Positions 1 to 9,470 of a DNA stretch of 64,000 nucleotides are shown here, piece after piece (position 1 is the first letter of the stretch; the number at the start of each line of letters is the position of its first letter). Under the pieces are notes generated by a model. That model did not search any database. It saw only the letters and a program-made list of their open reading frames with translations, and was not told where the DNA came from. This stretch comes from Myxococcota bacterium. Its GTDB lineage: Bacteria > Myxococcota_A > UBA796 > CAJQPC01. The stretch lies in NCBI GenBank assembly GCA_036229005.1, contig JAZAMN010000031.1, positions 128,001 to 192,000 of the forward strand, given 5' to 3'. Made by a program: the position numbers and the translations under genes.

Positions 1-2
1 GC

Positions 3-3000
3 GTGGTCCGCAGCCTCTTCTTCGGCAACACCGCCACCGACGACGGCGGCGCCGCCGTCGACCTGGACAACCAGGACGCCCAGTGGACCAACACCGTGTT
101 CGCCGAGAACGAGGCGGGACAGGGCGGCGGACTCCTGCTCAGCGGCGCGGTGGACGCTGTGCTCGCCAACAACAACTTCCTGGCCAACAAGGGCAAGGCC
201 TCCGCCGGCGGACACCTGCGCCTGGAGAGCAGCACCGCCGAGGTGGTCAACAACATCTTCCTCCAGGCCTCCCGCGGCGGCGCCATCTACGAAGACGGCA
301 GCGGCGGCAGCACCGTCTCCTACAACAGCTTCAAGGACAACGTCAGCGCCGACGACGCCAACACCTGGGGATTGGACACCAGCAGCGCCGGGAACATCGC
401 TGGCACCGACCCCGGGCTGGTCGCGTGGACCGCGGACGGCAACTACAGCAACGACGACCTGCACCTGAGCACCACCTCGCCGCTGGTGGACACCGGGGAC
501 CCCACCCGCTTCGACCCGGACGGCAGCCGCTCGGACATCGGGGTCTACGGCGGCACGGACGCCGAGGTCTACGACGACGACGGCGACGGCTACTTCGACA
601 CCCAGGACTGCGACGACGCCGACGCGAGCATCAACCCGGGCGCCAGCGAGGTCCCCTACGACGGGATCGACCAGGACTGCGACGGGGCCGACCTGACCGA
701 CGTGGACGGCGACGGCTTCGACGGGGACGACGACGACTGCGACGATGAGGACGCCGAGGTCAACCCGGACGCCACCGAGATCTGGTACGACGACACCGAC
801 CAGGACTGCGACGGCTCCAGCGACTACGACGCCGACCTGGACCTCTTCGACGACCAGCGCTACGGCGGCACCGACTGTGACGACAGCGACCCGGCCGTCA
901 ACCCCAGCGCCATCGAGATCTGGTACGACGGCGTGGACCAGGACTGCCTTGCGGACTCCGACTTCGACGCCGACAAGGACAGCTTCGAGTCGGACGCCTG
1001 GGGCGGGCTGGACTGCTTCGACCAGGACCCCAACATCTACCCCGGCGCGCCCGAGGTCCCCTACGACGGCCGCGACCAGGACTGCGACAACACCGACCTG
1101 ACGGACGTGGACCAGGACGGCTGGGACGCCCGCGAGGCCGGCGGCCTGGACTGCGACGACAGCGACCCCGGCATCAACCCCAGCGCGCCGGACGTGCCCT
1201 ACGACGGCATCGACCACGACTGCGATTCGGCCCCCGAGTACGACGCGGATCTGGACGGCTTCGAGGCGGACTTCGCTGGCGGCACCGACTGCGACGACGA
1301 CGACCCCAGCGTCAACCCTCTGGCCCCCGAGACCTGGTACGACGGCGTGGATCAGGACTGCGCGGGCGACGACGACTTCGACGCCGACAAGGACTCCTGG
1401 CAGTCCGACCAGCACGGCGGCCAGGACTGCGACGACAACGACCCCACCGCATTCCCCGGGAGCTGGGAGACCTGGTACGACGGGCGCGACCAGGACTGCG
1501 CGGGCGACGACGACTACGACCGGGACGGCGACGGCTTCCAGTCCGACGCCTGGGGCGGGACCGACTGCGACGACAACCGGGCCGAGGCCTACCCCGGCGC
1601 GACCGAGCTGCGGAACTACCTGGACGACGACTGCGACGGCTACACAGAAGACGCCGACCGCGACAAGGACCAGGCCATCGACTGGGCCGAGTGGCAGGTG
1701 GGCAGCGACCCCCTGGACCCGGACTCCGACGACGACGGCATGTCCGACGGGTGGGAGATCGGCCCCGCCTGGCTGGAGCCCTTCGACTCCGACATGGACG
1801 GCGTGCTGGACGTCTTCGACACCGACGACGACAACGACGGCATCCCCAGCCTGGAGGAGAACACCCAGGACATCAACGACGACGGGGTGCGGGACTTTGA
1901 CGTGGACGCAGATGGGATCCCCAACTCCCGGGATCGGGACTCCGACAACGACGGCTACCCGGATGCAGACGAGGGCACCGAGGACCGCGACTACGACGAC
2001 ATCCCCGACTTTGTGGACTACACCGGCGACCTGGCCGGCGGCGGCTGCGCCGGCGGGGGCGTGAACTGGATGGTCCTGCTGGGCGTCCCCCTGCTCTTCC
2101 GCAGGCGTAGGCAGCGCACAGAGCGCGGTCCCCTCCCCTGGACCGCCCTGGCCGCGCTGGCTGCTGTTGTCCTCGCTGGGGGGGCAGAGGCTCAAGCGGG
2201 TGTGGATGCCCACGGATACCAGGTGATGGGGACGACTGGTGACTTGCGGGCCTCCAGCCGCTTGCTGACCCCCTCCCGCTCCCTCCAGGGCGACTACGAC
2301 GTGGCGATCATCGCCGACAACGCCGTGCGCCCCCTGGTCGAGGTCTTCCCCGAGGGCCGCGCGCCCGTGCTCTCCAACCTGGCCACCTCCAACCTGGTCG
2401 TGAGCGGCGCGCCCATGCGCTACCTGCGCCTGGAGGCCGTCCTGCCCGTGCACATGTACGGCGTCGGGCCCGCCCAGGGTGCCTTCGTCGCGCTCGGAGA
2501 CGCCCGCCTGGGCGCTGTGATCCCCGTGCTCCCCGCCGCCGGCATCCGCCCTGGTGTGGCCCTGGGTCCCTCCGTGTGGCTGCCCACCGGCAACGAGGAC
2601 CGCATGGTCGGCAACCCCGGCATCTCCGCGGGCGGCGTGCTGGCCGTCAACCAGGAGCTGGGCCGCTTTGGCTGGAACGCCAACCTGGGCGCCCGGGTGG
2701 GTCGATTCGAGCCCGAGCGCAACCTCCAGGCCGGCGCGGGTCCCCTGGTGGGCGTGGGCGGACACGTCCTGCTCAACCCCGACGTAGCCGTGGGCGTGGA
2801 GCTCGTCAGCCAGGGCGCCACCGGCTTTCGGAACTGGCCCCTGGAGGCCATGGCGACCTCCCGCGTGAACCTGGACGGGGGCCTCTGGGCAACCGCCGGG
2901 CTGGCCGTGGGCCTCAATGACGCCCCCGGCGCCTCCACCGCGCGCGTGGTCCTGGGCGTGGGCTGGCAGCAGCGCCCGCAACCCGCCCAGACCGTGCTGG

Positions 3001-3650
3001 TCCACCGCATCGAGCCCGAGATCGACCCCAACGCCGACCGGGACGGCGACGGCATCGTGGACATCGAGGACCTCTGCCCCGACCAGGCCGAGACCTTCGA
3101 CGGCTTCGACGACGAGGACGGCTGCCCCGAGCTGGACGGCGACCAGGACGGCGTGCCCTTCGAGCGCGACGCCTGCCCCAGCGAGCCCATCTACCCCGAG
3201 CAGGACCCCCGCCACTCCGACGGCTGTCCCCACCTGGCCGAGCTCGCCGGCGACAAGATCGTCCTCACCCAGTCCATCTTCTTCCGGGAGGGCAGCGCCA
3301 AGATCATGCGCAAGTCCTACCCCGTGCTGGACGAGGTCGCGGAGATCATGCTCAGCGACGCGGCCGGTGACACCGTGCTCATCGAGGGTCACACCAACAA
3401 CAACGGCTCGGCCGAGTACAACTACCGCCTCTCGGAGGACCGGGCGCGGGCGGTCATGCGCTACCTCATCGACGCGGGCGTGCCTCGAGAGCAGCTCGCC
3501 GCGCAGGGCTACGGCTTCGACGTGCCCCTGGTGCCCCACGACGACCCCATGGCCCAGGCCATCAACCGCCGGGTGGAGTTCACGCTGGTCGAGCGCAGCG
3601 AGGAGGACGAGCCCCCCAGGCTCCCCACGGAGGAGGAGCTGCCGGAGTGA
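3..3650 (+). CDS. Large surface protein, 5' partial: beta-helix region, 8 MopE-type metal-binding repeats, Asp-rich TSP3-like repeats, internal CTERM-like anchor, predicted beta-barrel, TSP3 repeats and C-terminal OmpA domain
   Basis: Eight DCDDxDxxxxPxAxExxYDGxDQDC repeats; GGGCAGGG-hydrophobic-RRRR at about 2037-2111; OmpA motifs IEGHT, YNYRLSEDRARAV and NRRVEF. Frame is open to the window edge. Confidence 0.85.
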   Translation: MVRSLFFGNTATDDGGAAVDLDNQDAQWTNTVFAENEAGQGGGLLLSGAVDAVLANNNFLANKGKASAGGHLRLESSTAEVVNNIFLQASRGGAIYEDGSGGSTVSYNSFKDNVSADDANTWGLDTSSAGNIAGTDPGLVAWTADGNYSNDDLHLSTTSPLVDTGDPTRFDPDGSRSDIGVYGGTDAEVYDDDGDGYFDTQDCDDADASINPGASEVPYDGIDQDCDGADLTDVDGDGFDGDDDDCDDEDAEVNPDATEIWYDDTDQDCDGSSDYDADLDLFDDQRYGGTDCDDSDPAVNPSAIEIWYDGVDQDCLADSDFDADKDSFESDAWGGLDCFDQDPNIYPGAPEVPYDGRDQDCDNTDLTDVDQDGWDAREAGGLDCDDSDPGINPSAPDVPYDGIDHDCDSAPEYDADLDGFEADFAGGTDCDDDDPSVNPLAPETWYDGVDQDCAGDDDFDADKDSWQSDQHGGQDCDDNDPTAFPGSWETWYDGRDQDCAGDDDYDRDGDGFQSDAWGGTDCDDNRAEAYPGATELRNYLDDDCDGYTEDADRDKDQAIDWAEWQVGSDPLDPDSDDDGMSDGWEIGPAWLEPFDSDMDGVLDVFDTDDDNDGIPSLEENTQDINDDGVRDFDVDADGIPNSRDRDSDNDGYPDADEGTEDRDYDDIPDFVDYTGDLAGGGCAGGGVNWMVLLGVPLLFRRRRQRTERGPLPWTALAALAAVVLAGGAEAQAGVDAHGYQVMGTTGDLRASSRLLTPSRSLQGDYDVAIIADNAVRPLVEVFPEGRAPVLSNLATSNLVVSGAPMRYLRLEAVLPVHMYGVGPAQGAFVALGDARLGAVIPVLPAAGIRPGVALGPSVWLPTGNEDRMVGNPGISAGGVLAVNQELGRFGWNANLGARVGRFEPERNLQAGAGPLVGVGGHVLLNPDVAVGVELVSQGATGFRNWPLEAMATSRVNLDGGLWATAGLAVGLNDAPGASTARVVLGVGWQQRPQPAQTVLVHRIEPEIDPNADRDGDGIVDIEDLCPDQAETFDGFDDEDGCPELDGDQDGVPFERDACPSEPIYPEQDPRHSDGCPHLAELAGDKIVLTQSIFFREGSAKIMRKSYPVLDEVAEIMLSDAAGDTVLIEGHTNNNGSAEYNYRLSEDRARAVMRYLIDAGVPREQLAAQGYGFDVPLVPHDDPMAQAINRRVEFTLVERSEEDEPPRLPTEEELPE

Positions 3651-3712
3651 AGGCCCTGTGTGGGCCACCTCAGGACCCCGCAGGTCCCTCGCCAGCGTGC
3701 TAGACTGCGTGC

Positions 3713-4315
3713 ATGAGTCGAGGACAACAGACCCGCGAAGAGATCCTGAACGAGGCGCTGGACCAGGCCACCAAGAAGGGCCTGGAGGCGCTGTCCATCG
3801 GGACCCTGGCCAAGGCAGTCGGCATGTCGAAGTCCGGCCTCTTCGGCCACTTTGGCTCCAAGGAGAACCTCCAGACCTCCGTGCTCGAGGTCTGCAGCGT
3901 GCGCTTCATCGACGCCGTGGTGCGCCCCGCCATCAAGCTCCCCCGCGGGATCGCCCGCCTGCGCTCCATGCTGGACCTCTGGCTAGCCTGGGCCGGTCGG
4001 GATGACGGCGGCTGCCTGTTCGTGTCCACCGCGGCCGAGTTCGACGACCGCCCCGGCCCCGTCCAGGACGAGGTCGCCCGCCAGGTCCGCGACTGGCTCA
4101 CCACCTTGGAGCGCGCGACCGCCATCTCCATCGCCGCCGGGGACCTGCGAGAAGACACCGACCCCGAGCAGTTCGCCTTCGAGCTCCACGGCCTGATGCT
4201 CAGCTACCACCTGCGCGCCCGCCTGCTGGGCTCCGATGTGGCCGAGCAGCGCGCCCGCGTGGGCCTGGAGCGGCTGATCCGCGACTACAGCGTGAGCCCC
4301 GAGATCGCCGCCTGA
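3713..4315 (+). CDS. TetR/AcrR family transcriptional regulator
   Basis: N-terminal HTH (LSIGTLAKAVGMSKSGLFGHFGSKENL) and GGCLF motif in the C-terminal domain. Confidence 0.92.
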   Translation: MSRGQQTREEILNEALDQATKKGLEALSIGTLAKAVGMSKSGLFGHFGSKENLQTSVLEVCSVRFIDAVVRPAIKLPRGIARLRSMLDLWLAWAGRDDGGCLFVSTAAEFDDRPGPVQDEVARQVRDWLTTLERATAISIAAGDLREDTDPEQFAFELHGLMLSYHLRARLLGSDVAEQRARVGLERLIRDYSVSPEIAA

Positions 4316-4319
4316 GCGC

Positions 4320-5000
4320 TCAGACCTTCTGCTTGCAGCTCGCGCAGATGGTGGCCAGCCGCAGCATGTCCTCGCCGCAGTGCGGGCAGTGCTTCCAGGG
4401 CTCGGAGGCGTACTCGGCCGCGGTCATGACGAAGGGCTCCTGCTCCACGAGCGCCTCCTCGCAGACCTCGCACATGTCGTCCTCTTCGTCCACCTCGGAA
4501 AGGCAGTAGGGGCAGAGGACGAGCTCGCTCTCCCGCTTGATGCCGGGCCCATCCTCTGACCCCTTGTCGGCCCCTGAACCTCTGCGCTCCCGCATGGTGT
4601 CGGCGAGGTCCAAGAGGGTGTTCCCCAGAAGGGACAGGCCCTTCTCCACCTGGGGCGTGGCCAGCACACCGCCCAGCCGGTCGGCCAGAGAACGCACCGC
4701 GCCCCCGCCCGGCATCTCGCGATCTTCCGCCATGCGGGCGGCGTCGTCCAGCACACGCTCGAAGGCCCGCCGGGCCCCCCCAGCGGCGCCACCCAGGCGC
4801 TCTCCGATGATCTCCCGGGCTTGCTCCTGGTCGATCGCGAAGGGCTCGATGCCGGCGCGGGCGACCTCGCGGGAGATGGGCCAGCGGCGCTCGGGGCCGG
4901 GCACCTGGATGACGAAGTAGACCCCGTCGTCCAGAGGGGCGTCCGCGGGCACCAGGTAGAACTGCTGCCGGGCGGGGTTCAGGTAGAGGGTGCCTTCCAT
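4320..5000 (-). CDS. Hypothetical protein with C-terminal double zinc ribbon
   Basis: Four CxxC motifs (CPYC, CEVC, CPHC, CASC) at the C-terminus. Confidence 0.7.
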   Translation of the reverse strand: MEGTLYLNPARQQFYLVPADAPLDDGVYFVIQVPGPERRWPISREVARAGIEPFAIDQEQAREIIGERLGGAAGGARRAFERVLDDAARMAEDREMPGGGAVRSLADRLGGVLATPQVEKGLSLLGNTLLDLADTMRERRGSGADKGSEDGPGIKRESELVLCPYCLSEVDEEDDMCEVCEEALVEQEPFVMTAAEYASEPWKHCPHCGEDMLRLATICASCKQKV

Positions 5001-5021
5001 GTCCCCCCAGCTAACCCGGCA

Positions 5022-6329
5022 TCAGAAGAGGTTGTAGATGTCGATGTAGACGGAGGGGCTGTAGTCCTCGAGGGGGGAGACGCCCACGTCGGCCCGGATG
5101 ATGAAGTTCTTGTTGAAGGCCAGCCGCAGGCCGCCGCCGGTGCCCCAGACGAAGGCCTCGTTCTGGCCGGTGCCCAGATCGGACCACTCGCTGGCCCAGT
5201 AGCCGGAGTCCAGGAAGACCACCGGGGTCACGTCGATCTGCGCGGGGCCCACCTGCGGGGACCACACGGTGGCGCGGATCTCGGTCTGGTTCATGAAGCG
5301 GGCCTTGCCGATGACCCGGCGCAGGCGCACACCACGGCCGGCCCGCTGGCCGCCGTAGAACTCGTAGATGGTGGCGCCGCCGGCCCGGGACATGCCCATG
5401 GTGGGCGCGTCTCCGATGATGCCGTCGGCGACGAAGCGGTCGGCCAGGATCACGCGCTCGGTGCCCAGGGGGGTGTAGCCGCGCAGGGTGGTGTTGAAGC
5501 CCCAGTAGTCCCAGTCGGACACGCCCGGGATCGAGGTCCGCAGGGAGCCCTCCACCCAGTAGCCGCGCTTGGGGCTGGGCTCGTTGTCGCGGTTGTCCAG
5601 CATCAGGCCGGCCTGCACCATCGTGTCCAGGCCCTGCTCGCCGCCCGGGAAGTCCATGCCGTAGAGCGAGTAGTCCCAGGGGGAGTCCTCCTGGAAGTCG
5701 CCGGGCAGGATGTATTGGGCGAACACCGTACCGAAAGCCTCCAGCCGCGGCGGCCCCTTCTTGAGCCCGTAGCGCGCGTTGAAGAAGAACAGCGGGGTCT
5801 TGAAGCGGGTCTTGTAGAAGCGCCGCTCGGCGTCCTCCAGCTCGGTGCCGCTCAGGTTGTACTGCTCCAGCAAGGTGTCCCGCTGTTCGATGGAGCAGTC
5901 GCCGGGCACCGAGGTGCCGCAGTAGTTGCCCGAGCGGGTCAGGGAGAACTCCGCGCGCGTGGTGATGCGCAGGGGCAACCCGCCGACCTCCAGCATGTCA
6001 AGCTGCACCCGGTGGGTGTGGACCTGCTTGGTGGTGACGTAGAACAGGAAGTAGATCTCGGCCTTGTACGGCGCGGTGATCCCGTCGTAGCGGTAGATGT
6101 TGCCCACCACGCCGCCGCCCAGGCCGTCGTCCGAGTTGTAGGCGACGGCGGGCAGCCCGCCGAAACCCCAGCCCTGCTTCTGCCAGGGTTCCGCGGCGGG
6201 GGCCGTGGCGGGATCGCCCGGCTCAGCGTCCTCCTGGGGGGCCTCCGCGGCGCTCTGGGCGGCTGCGGGGGCCTCGGCGTCCTGGGCGTGCGCGGACCCC
6301 AGGGTCAGCAGCAGAGCGATCGGCAGCAT
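5022..6329 (-). CDS. Omp85/BamA-TamA family outer-membrane beta-barrel protein without obvious POTRA domains
   Basis: Signal peptide ending AHA; DNRDNEPSPKRG, WGTGGGLR and IIRADVG motifs; terminal Phe. GAGGT SD favours ATG 6329 over GTG 6335. Confidence 0.8.
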   Translation of the reverse strand: MLPIALLLTLGSAHAQDAEAPAAAQSAAEAPQEDAEPGDPATAPAAEPWQKQGWGFGGLPAVAYNSDDGLGGGVVGNIYRYDGITAPYKAEIYFLFYVTTKQVHTHRVQLDMLEVGGLPLRITTRAEFSLTRSGNYCGTSVPGDCSIEQRDTLLEQYNLSGTELEDAERRFYKTRFKTPLFFFNARYGLKKGPPRLEAFGTVFAQYILPGDFQEDSPWDYSLYGMDFPGGEQGLDTMVQAGLMLDNRDNEPSPKRGYWVEGSLRTSIPGVSDWDYWGFNTTLRGYTPLGTERVILADRFVADGIIGDAPTMGMSRAGGATIYEFYGGQRAGRGVRLRRVIGKARFMNQTEIRATVWSPQVGPAQIDVTPVVFLDSGYWASEWSDLGTGQNEAFVWGTGGGLRLAFNKNFIIRADVGVSPLEDYSPSVYIDIYNLF

Positions 6330-6405
6330 GGTCACCTCGACTGAGCCCGGATGCTACCTGAGGTGGCTGCCTGGCACTCCGGTCCAAGAGGTGGGCCGCG
6401 ATCGC

Positions 6406-7146
6406 TCAGCGGAAGCTGATCAGCTCCACATCAAAGACCAACGTGCCCTGGGGAGCGCCAGAGACGCCCTTGTAGGCCAGGGTGTCGGGGATCCAGAAGC
6501 GGGTCTTCTCGCCGGCGACCATGAGCTGCAGGCCCTCGGTCCAGCCGGGGATCACGCGGTTCAGGGGGAAGGAGATGGTCTCTCCGCGCATGATGGAGGA
6601 GTCGAAGAGCTGCCCGTCGGTGGTCCACCCGGAGTAGTGCACGGTCACGGTGCTCGTGGGGCCGGGGCGCGCGGCGCCGGTGCCGGCCTGGAGGACGCGG
6701 TAGGCCAGCCCGCTGTTGGTGCGGTTGGCGCTTGCGGGGGCGGCGGCGACGTCCTCGGGGACGGCGGGGGGCTTGGGGGCGGCCTGGACGGAGAAGAGCT
6801 CCACGTCGAACACCAGCATGCCGTAGGGGCGGCCGGGCTGACCGCGGTAGGCCAGCTCCATGGGGATCCACAGGCGGGCCTTCTGGCCGGGAGCCATGAG
6901 CTGCAGGCCCTCGGTCCAGCCGGGGATGACCTGGTTGAGGCCGAAGGTGATCTTCTCGCCGCGCATGACGGAGGAGTCGAACATCTTCCCGTCGGTGGTC
7001 CAGCCGGTGTAGTGCACGGTCACGCGGTCCTGGGGGCCGGGCTGCTCGCCCTGGGCTGCGCCCTCGAGGATCTTGAAGGCCAGGCCCGAGGCGGTGGTCT
7101 GGGCGTCTGCGGGGGGGGCGGCGACATCTGCGGGAGCGGGGATCAC
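6406..7146 (-). CDS. Tandem two-domain FKBP-type peptidyl-prolyl cis-trans isomerase
   Basis: Two copies of VTVHYxGWTTDG..FDSS..RG..VIPGWTEGLQLM..LVFDVEL; AGGAG SD 5 nt before GTG 7146. Confidence 0.93.
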   Translation of the reverse strand: MIPAPADVAAPPADAQTTASGLAFKILEGAAQGEQPGPQDRVTVHYTGWTTDGKMFDSSVMRGEKITFGLNQVIPGWTEGLQLMAPGQKARLWIPMELAYRGQPGRPYGMLVFDVELFSVQAAPKPPAVPEDVAAAPASANRTNSGLAYRVLQAGTGAARPGPTSTVTVHYSGWTTDGQLFDSSIMRGETISFPLNRVIPGWTEGLQLMVAGEKTRFWIPDTLAYKGVSGAPQGTLVFDVELISFR

Positions 7147-7236
7147 GGGGACTCCTGGTGTGGGATTCTGGCGACCCCCGTAACCGCGGGAGCACCCCCG
7201 GCATACCCGAGCCCGAACCACCCCCTGGAGTCCCCC

Positions 7237-8028
7237 ATGCTCATGCTCGCCCTGATCGCCTGCGGCCCCGACGGCTACGACATCGACACTTGGAACAGCC
7301 CCCTGGCCCAACAGGCCGCCGAGCCCGGTGACGCCGCCCGCGGAGAGGAGATCTACTTCAACGAGCACTGGGAGGACGCGTCCTACGGGCTGACCTGCGT
7401 GAGCTGCCACAGCGCGGACCCCGGCGACAGCCTGGCCGACGACGCCGACGACTACACCCGCCCCGCCCACACCACCTGGAACGCCGCCTACCGCGAGACC
7501 TGGAAGGCCAGCCACCCCTGGGACCGCGAGGACAGCGACGTCAACGGCGCCTACGGGGGGCAGGTCTGCGTGCGGGCCTACTTCCCCGCGGGCTCGGCCA
7601 TGACCGCCCAGCAGGCCGCCGACCTGGAGGCGTGGATGCGGGACAACCGGGACGCCGACAACAGCGCGGAGACAGCGAGCGAGCTGGACTATGGCTTCAC
7701 ATCCTGGGACACCCAGGAGGACTTCATCGCCAGCCTGGACGACGGAGCGGGCGGGGTGCTCGCCGGCGAGGACATCGGGGATCCCAGCGCCGGCGAGGCC
7801 AAGACCCTGCAGTACTGCGGGAGCTGCCACAGCCAGGACGGCGCCACGGTCACCCTCTACAGCGTGGGCAACCTGGACGCCGTCGCGCTGACCCAGCGCA
7901 TCCGAAAGGTCGAGATCGATGGCGTCGAGGCGCCCAACGACCGTATGCCCCGGGTGCCGGAGGACCGCCTCTCCGATGAGGACCTGGCGGACATCCTTGC
8001 CTTCCTCACCACCCCGGACCAGACGTGA
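7237..8028 (+). CDS. Diheme c-type cytochrome lipoprotein, possibly TsdA/SoxA-like
   Basis: GGAG SD; MLMLALIAC lipobox; CVSCH and CGSCH heme motifs; additional Cys (QVCVRAY) and distal RMP Met. Confidence 0.8.
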   Translation: MLMLALIACGPDGYDIDTWNSPLAQQAAEPGDAARGEEIYFNEHWEDASYGLTCVSCHSADPGDSLADDADDYTRPAHTTWNAAYRETWKASHPWDREDSDVNGAYGGQVCVRAYFPAGSAMTAQQAADLEAWMRDNRDADNSAETASELDYGFTSWDTQEDFIASLDDGAGGVLAGEDIGDPSAGEAKTLQYCGSCHSQDGATVTLYSVGNLDAVALTQRIRKVEIDGVEAPNDRMPRVPEDRLSDEDLADILAFLTTPDQT

Positions 8029-9443
8029 ACACCCTCTCCACCGACGTCGCCATCCTCGGAGCCGGCACCGCCGGCCTCAACGCCCGCCGCGGCGCCGAAG
8101 CCCGCGGGGCCCGCGCCGTGATGGTGGATCCCGGCCCCTTCGGGACCACCTGCGCCCGGGTGGGCTGCATGCCCTCCAAGCTGCTGATCGCCGCCGCCGA
8201 GCGCGCCCACTCCGCCCAGGAGGCCGCGCCCTTCGGCGTCCAGATCCCCCAGGTGCGCGTGGACGGCCCCGCCGTGATGCGCCGGGTGCAGGCCGAGCGG
8301 GACCGCTTCGTGGGCTTTGTGCTGGAGGCCATCGACGAGCACCTGGAGGCCGGCCGGCTGATCAAGGGCCGCGCCCGCTTTGTGGGGCCCAACACCCTGC
8401 AGGTGGACGAACACACCCAGCTCACCTTCCGCTCCGCCGTCATCGCCACGGGCACCACCCCTTTCGTGCCGCCGCCCTTTCGCGGCCTGGGCGACGCGCT
8501 GATCGACAACAGCGGCATCTTCGAGCTCCCCGACCTCCCCGAGTCCGTGCTCGTGGTGGGCGCCGGCGTCATCGGCCTGGAGCTGGGGCAGGCGCTGCAC
8601 CGCCTGGGGGTGCGCGTGACCATCGTGGGCCTGGGCGGCCAGATCGGCCCCCTCAGCGACCCCAAGGTGCTGCAGGTCGCCCGCGAGGTCTTCTCCCAGG
8701 AGCTGGACCTGCGCCCCGACTATCAGCTCGAGTCCATCACTCGGCTGCCCGACGGCCAGGTCGAGATGCGCGCCGACGGCCGCGTGGACCGCTACCAGCG
8801 CGTGCTCATCGCCTCCGGTCGCCTCCCCAACCTGGGCAACCTGGGCCTGGAGGAGGTGTTCGGCTGGGACCCCAAGGCCCTGCCCCCCGTGGACCCGCGC
8901 ATGGGGCAGATCGGCGACAGCCACATCTTCCTGGGCGGCGACGTCAGCAGCTTCCGCCCCCTGCTCCACGAGGCCGCCGACGAGGGCCGCATCGCCGGTG
9001 AGAACGCCGGGCGCTACCCCGCCATCGAGGCCCGCCCCCGCCGCACCGCCCTGGGCGTGGTGTTCACCGACCCCCAGATCGCCGTGGTCGGCAAGCCCTA
9101 CAGCCAGACCGGGGCCTGCGGCTGCTGCGCCGGCGAGGTCGACTACAGCCGCCAGGGCCGCGCCCGGGTCATGGGCCGGAACAAGGGCTGGGTGCGCATC
9201 TACGCCGAGTGCGACCAGGGCGTGCTCCAGGGCGCCGAGATGTTCGGCCCCGACGTCGAGCACACCGCCCACCTGCTGGCCTGGGCCATCCAGCGCCGCC
9301 TGAGCGTCCACGAGGCCCTGGAGCTGCCCTTCTACCACCCCGTCGTCGAAGAGGGCATCCGCACCGCGCTGCAGGACCTCCGCAAGAACCTGCACTTCCG
9401 CGCCCGCACCCCCGGCTGCGCGGACACCAGGGGGCTTCTGTAG
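8025..9443 (+). CDS. Dihydrolipoamide dehydrogenase-like pyridine nucleotide-disulfide oxidoreductase
   Basis: GAGTAG FAD motif, CARVGC redox disulfide, GAGVIGLE NAD motif, FYHPVVEE; GTGA overlap with the cytochrome gene. Confidence 0.92.
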   Translation: MNTLSTDVAILGAGTAGLNARRGAEARGARAVMVDPGPFGTTCARVGCMPSKLLIAAAERAHSAQEAAPFGVQIPQVRVDGPAVMRRVQAERDRFVGFVLEAIDEHLEAGRLIKGRARFVGPNTLQVDEHTQLTFRSAVIATGTTPFVPPPFRGLGDALIDNSGIFELPDLPESVLVVGAGVIGLELGQALHRLGVRVTIVGLGGQIGPLSDPKVLQVAREVFSQELDLRPDYQLESITRLPDGQVEMRADGRVDRYQRVLIASGRLPNLGNLGLEEVFGWDPKALPPVDPRMGQIGDSHIFLGGDVSSFRPLLHEAADEGRIAGENAGRYPAIEARPRRTALGVVFTDPQIAVVGKPYSQTGACGCCAGEVDYSRQGRARVMGRNKGWVRIYAECDQGVLQGAEMFGPDVEHTAHLLAWAIQRRLSVHEALELPFYHPVVEEGIRTALQDLRKNLHFRARTPGCADTRGLL

Positions 9444-9470
9444 CGCGCCTGCGGGTGTTAGACAGAGGGG

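Noticed and set aside
6205..7830. Long N-terminal extensions in the track for the cytochrome (from 6205) and FKBP (from 7830), and likewise 16547, 27849, 28510, 43201, 47149, 54826 and 60987
   Set aside because: They overlap real neighbouring genes; SD-supported or coupled downstream starts give coherent proteins.
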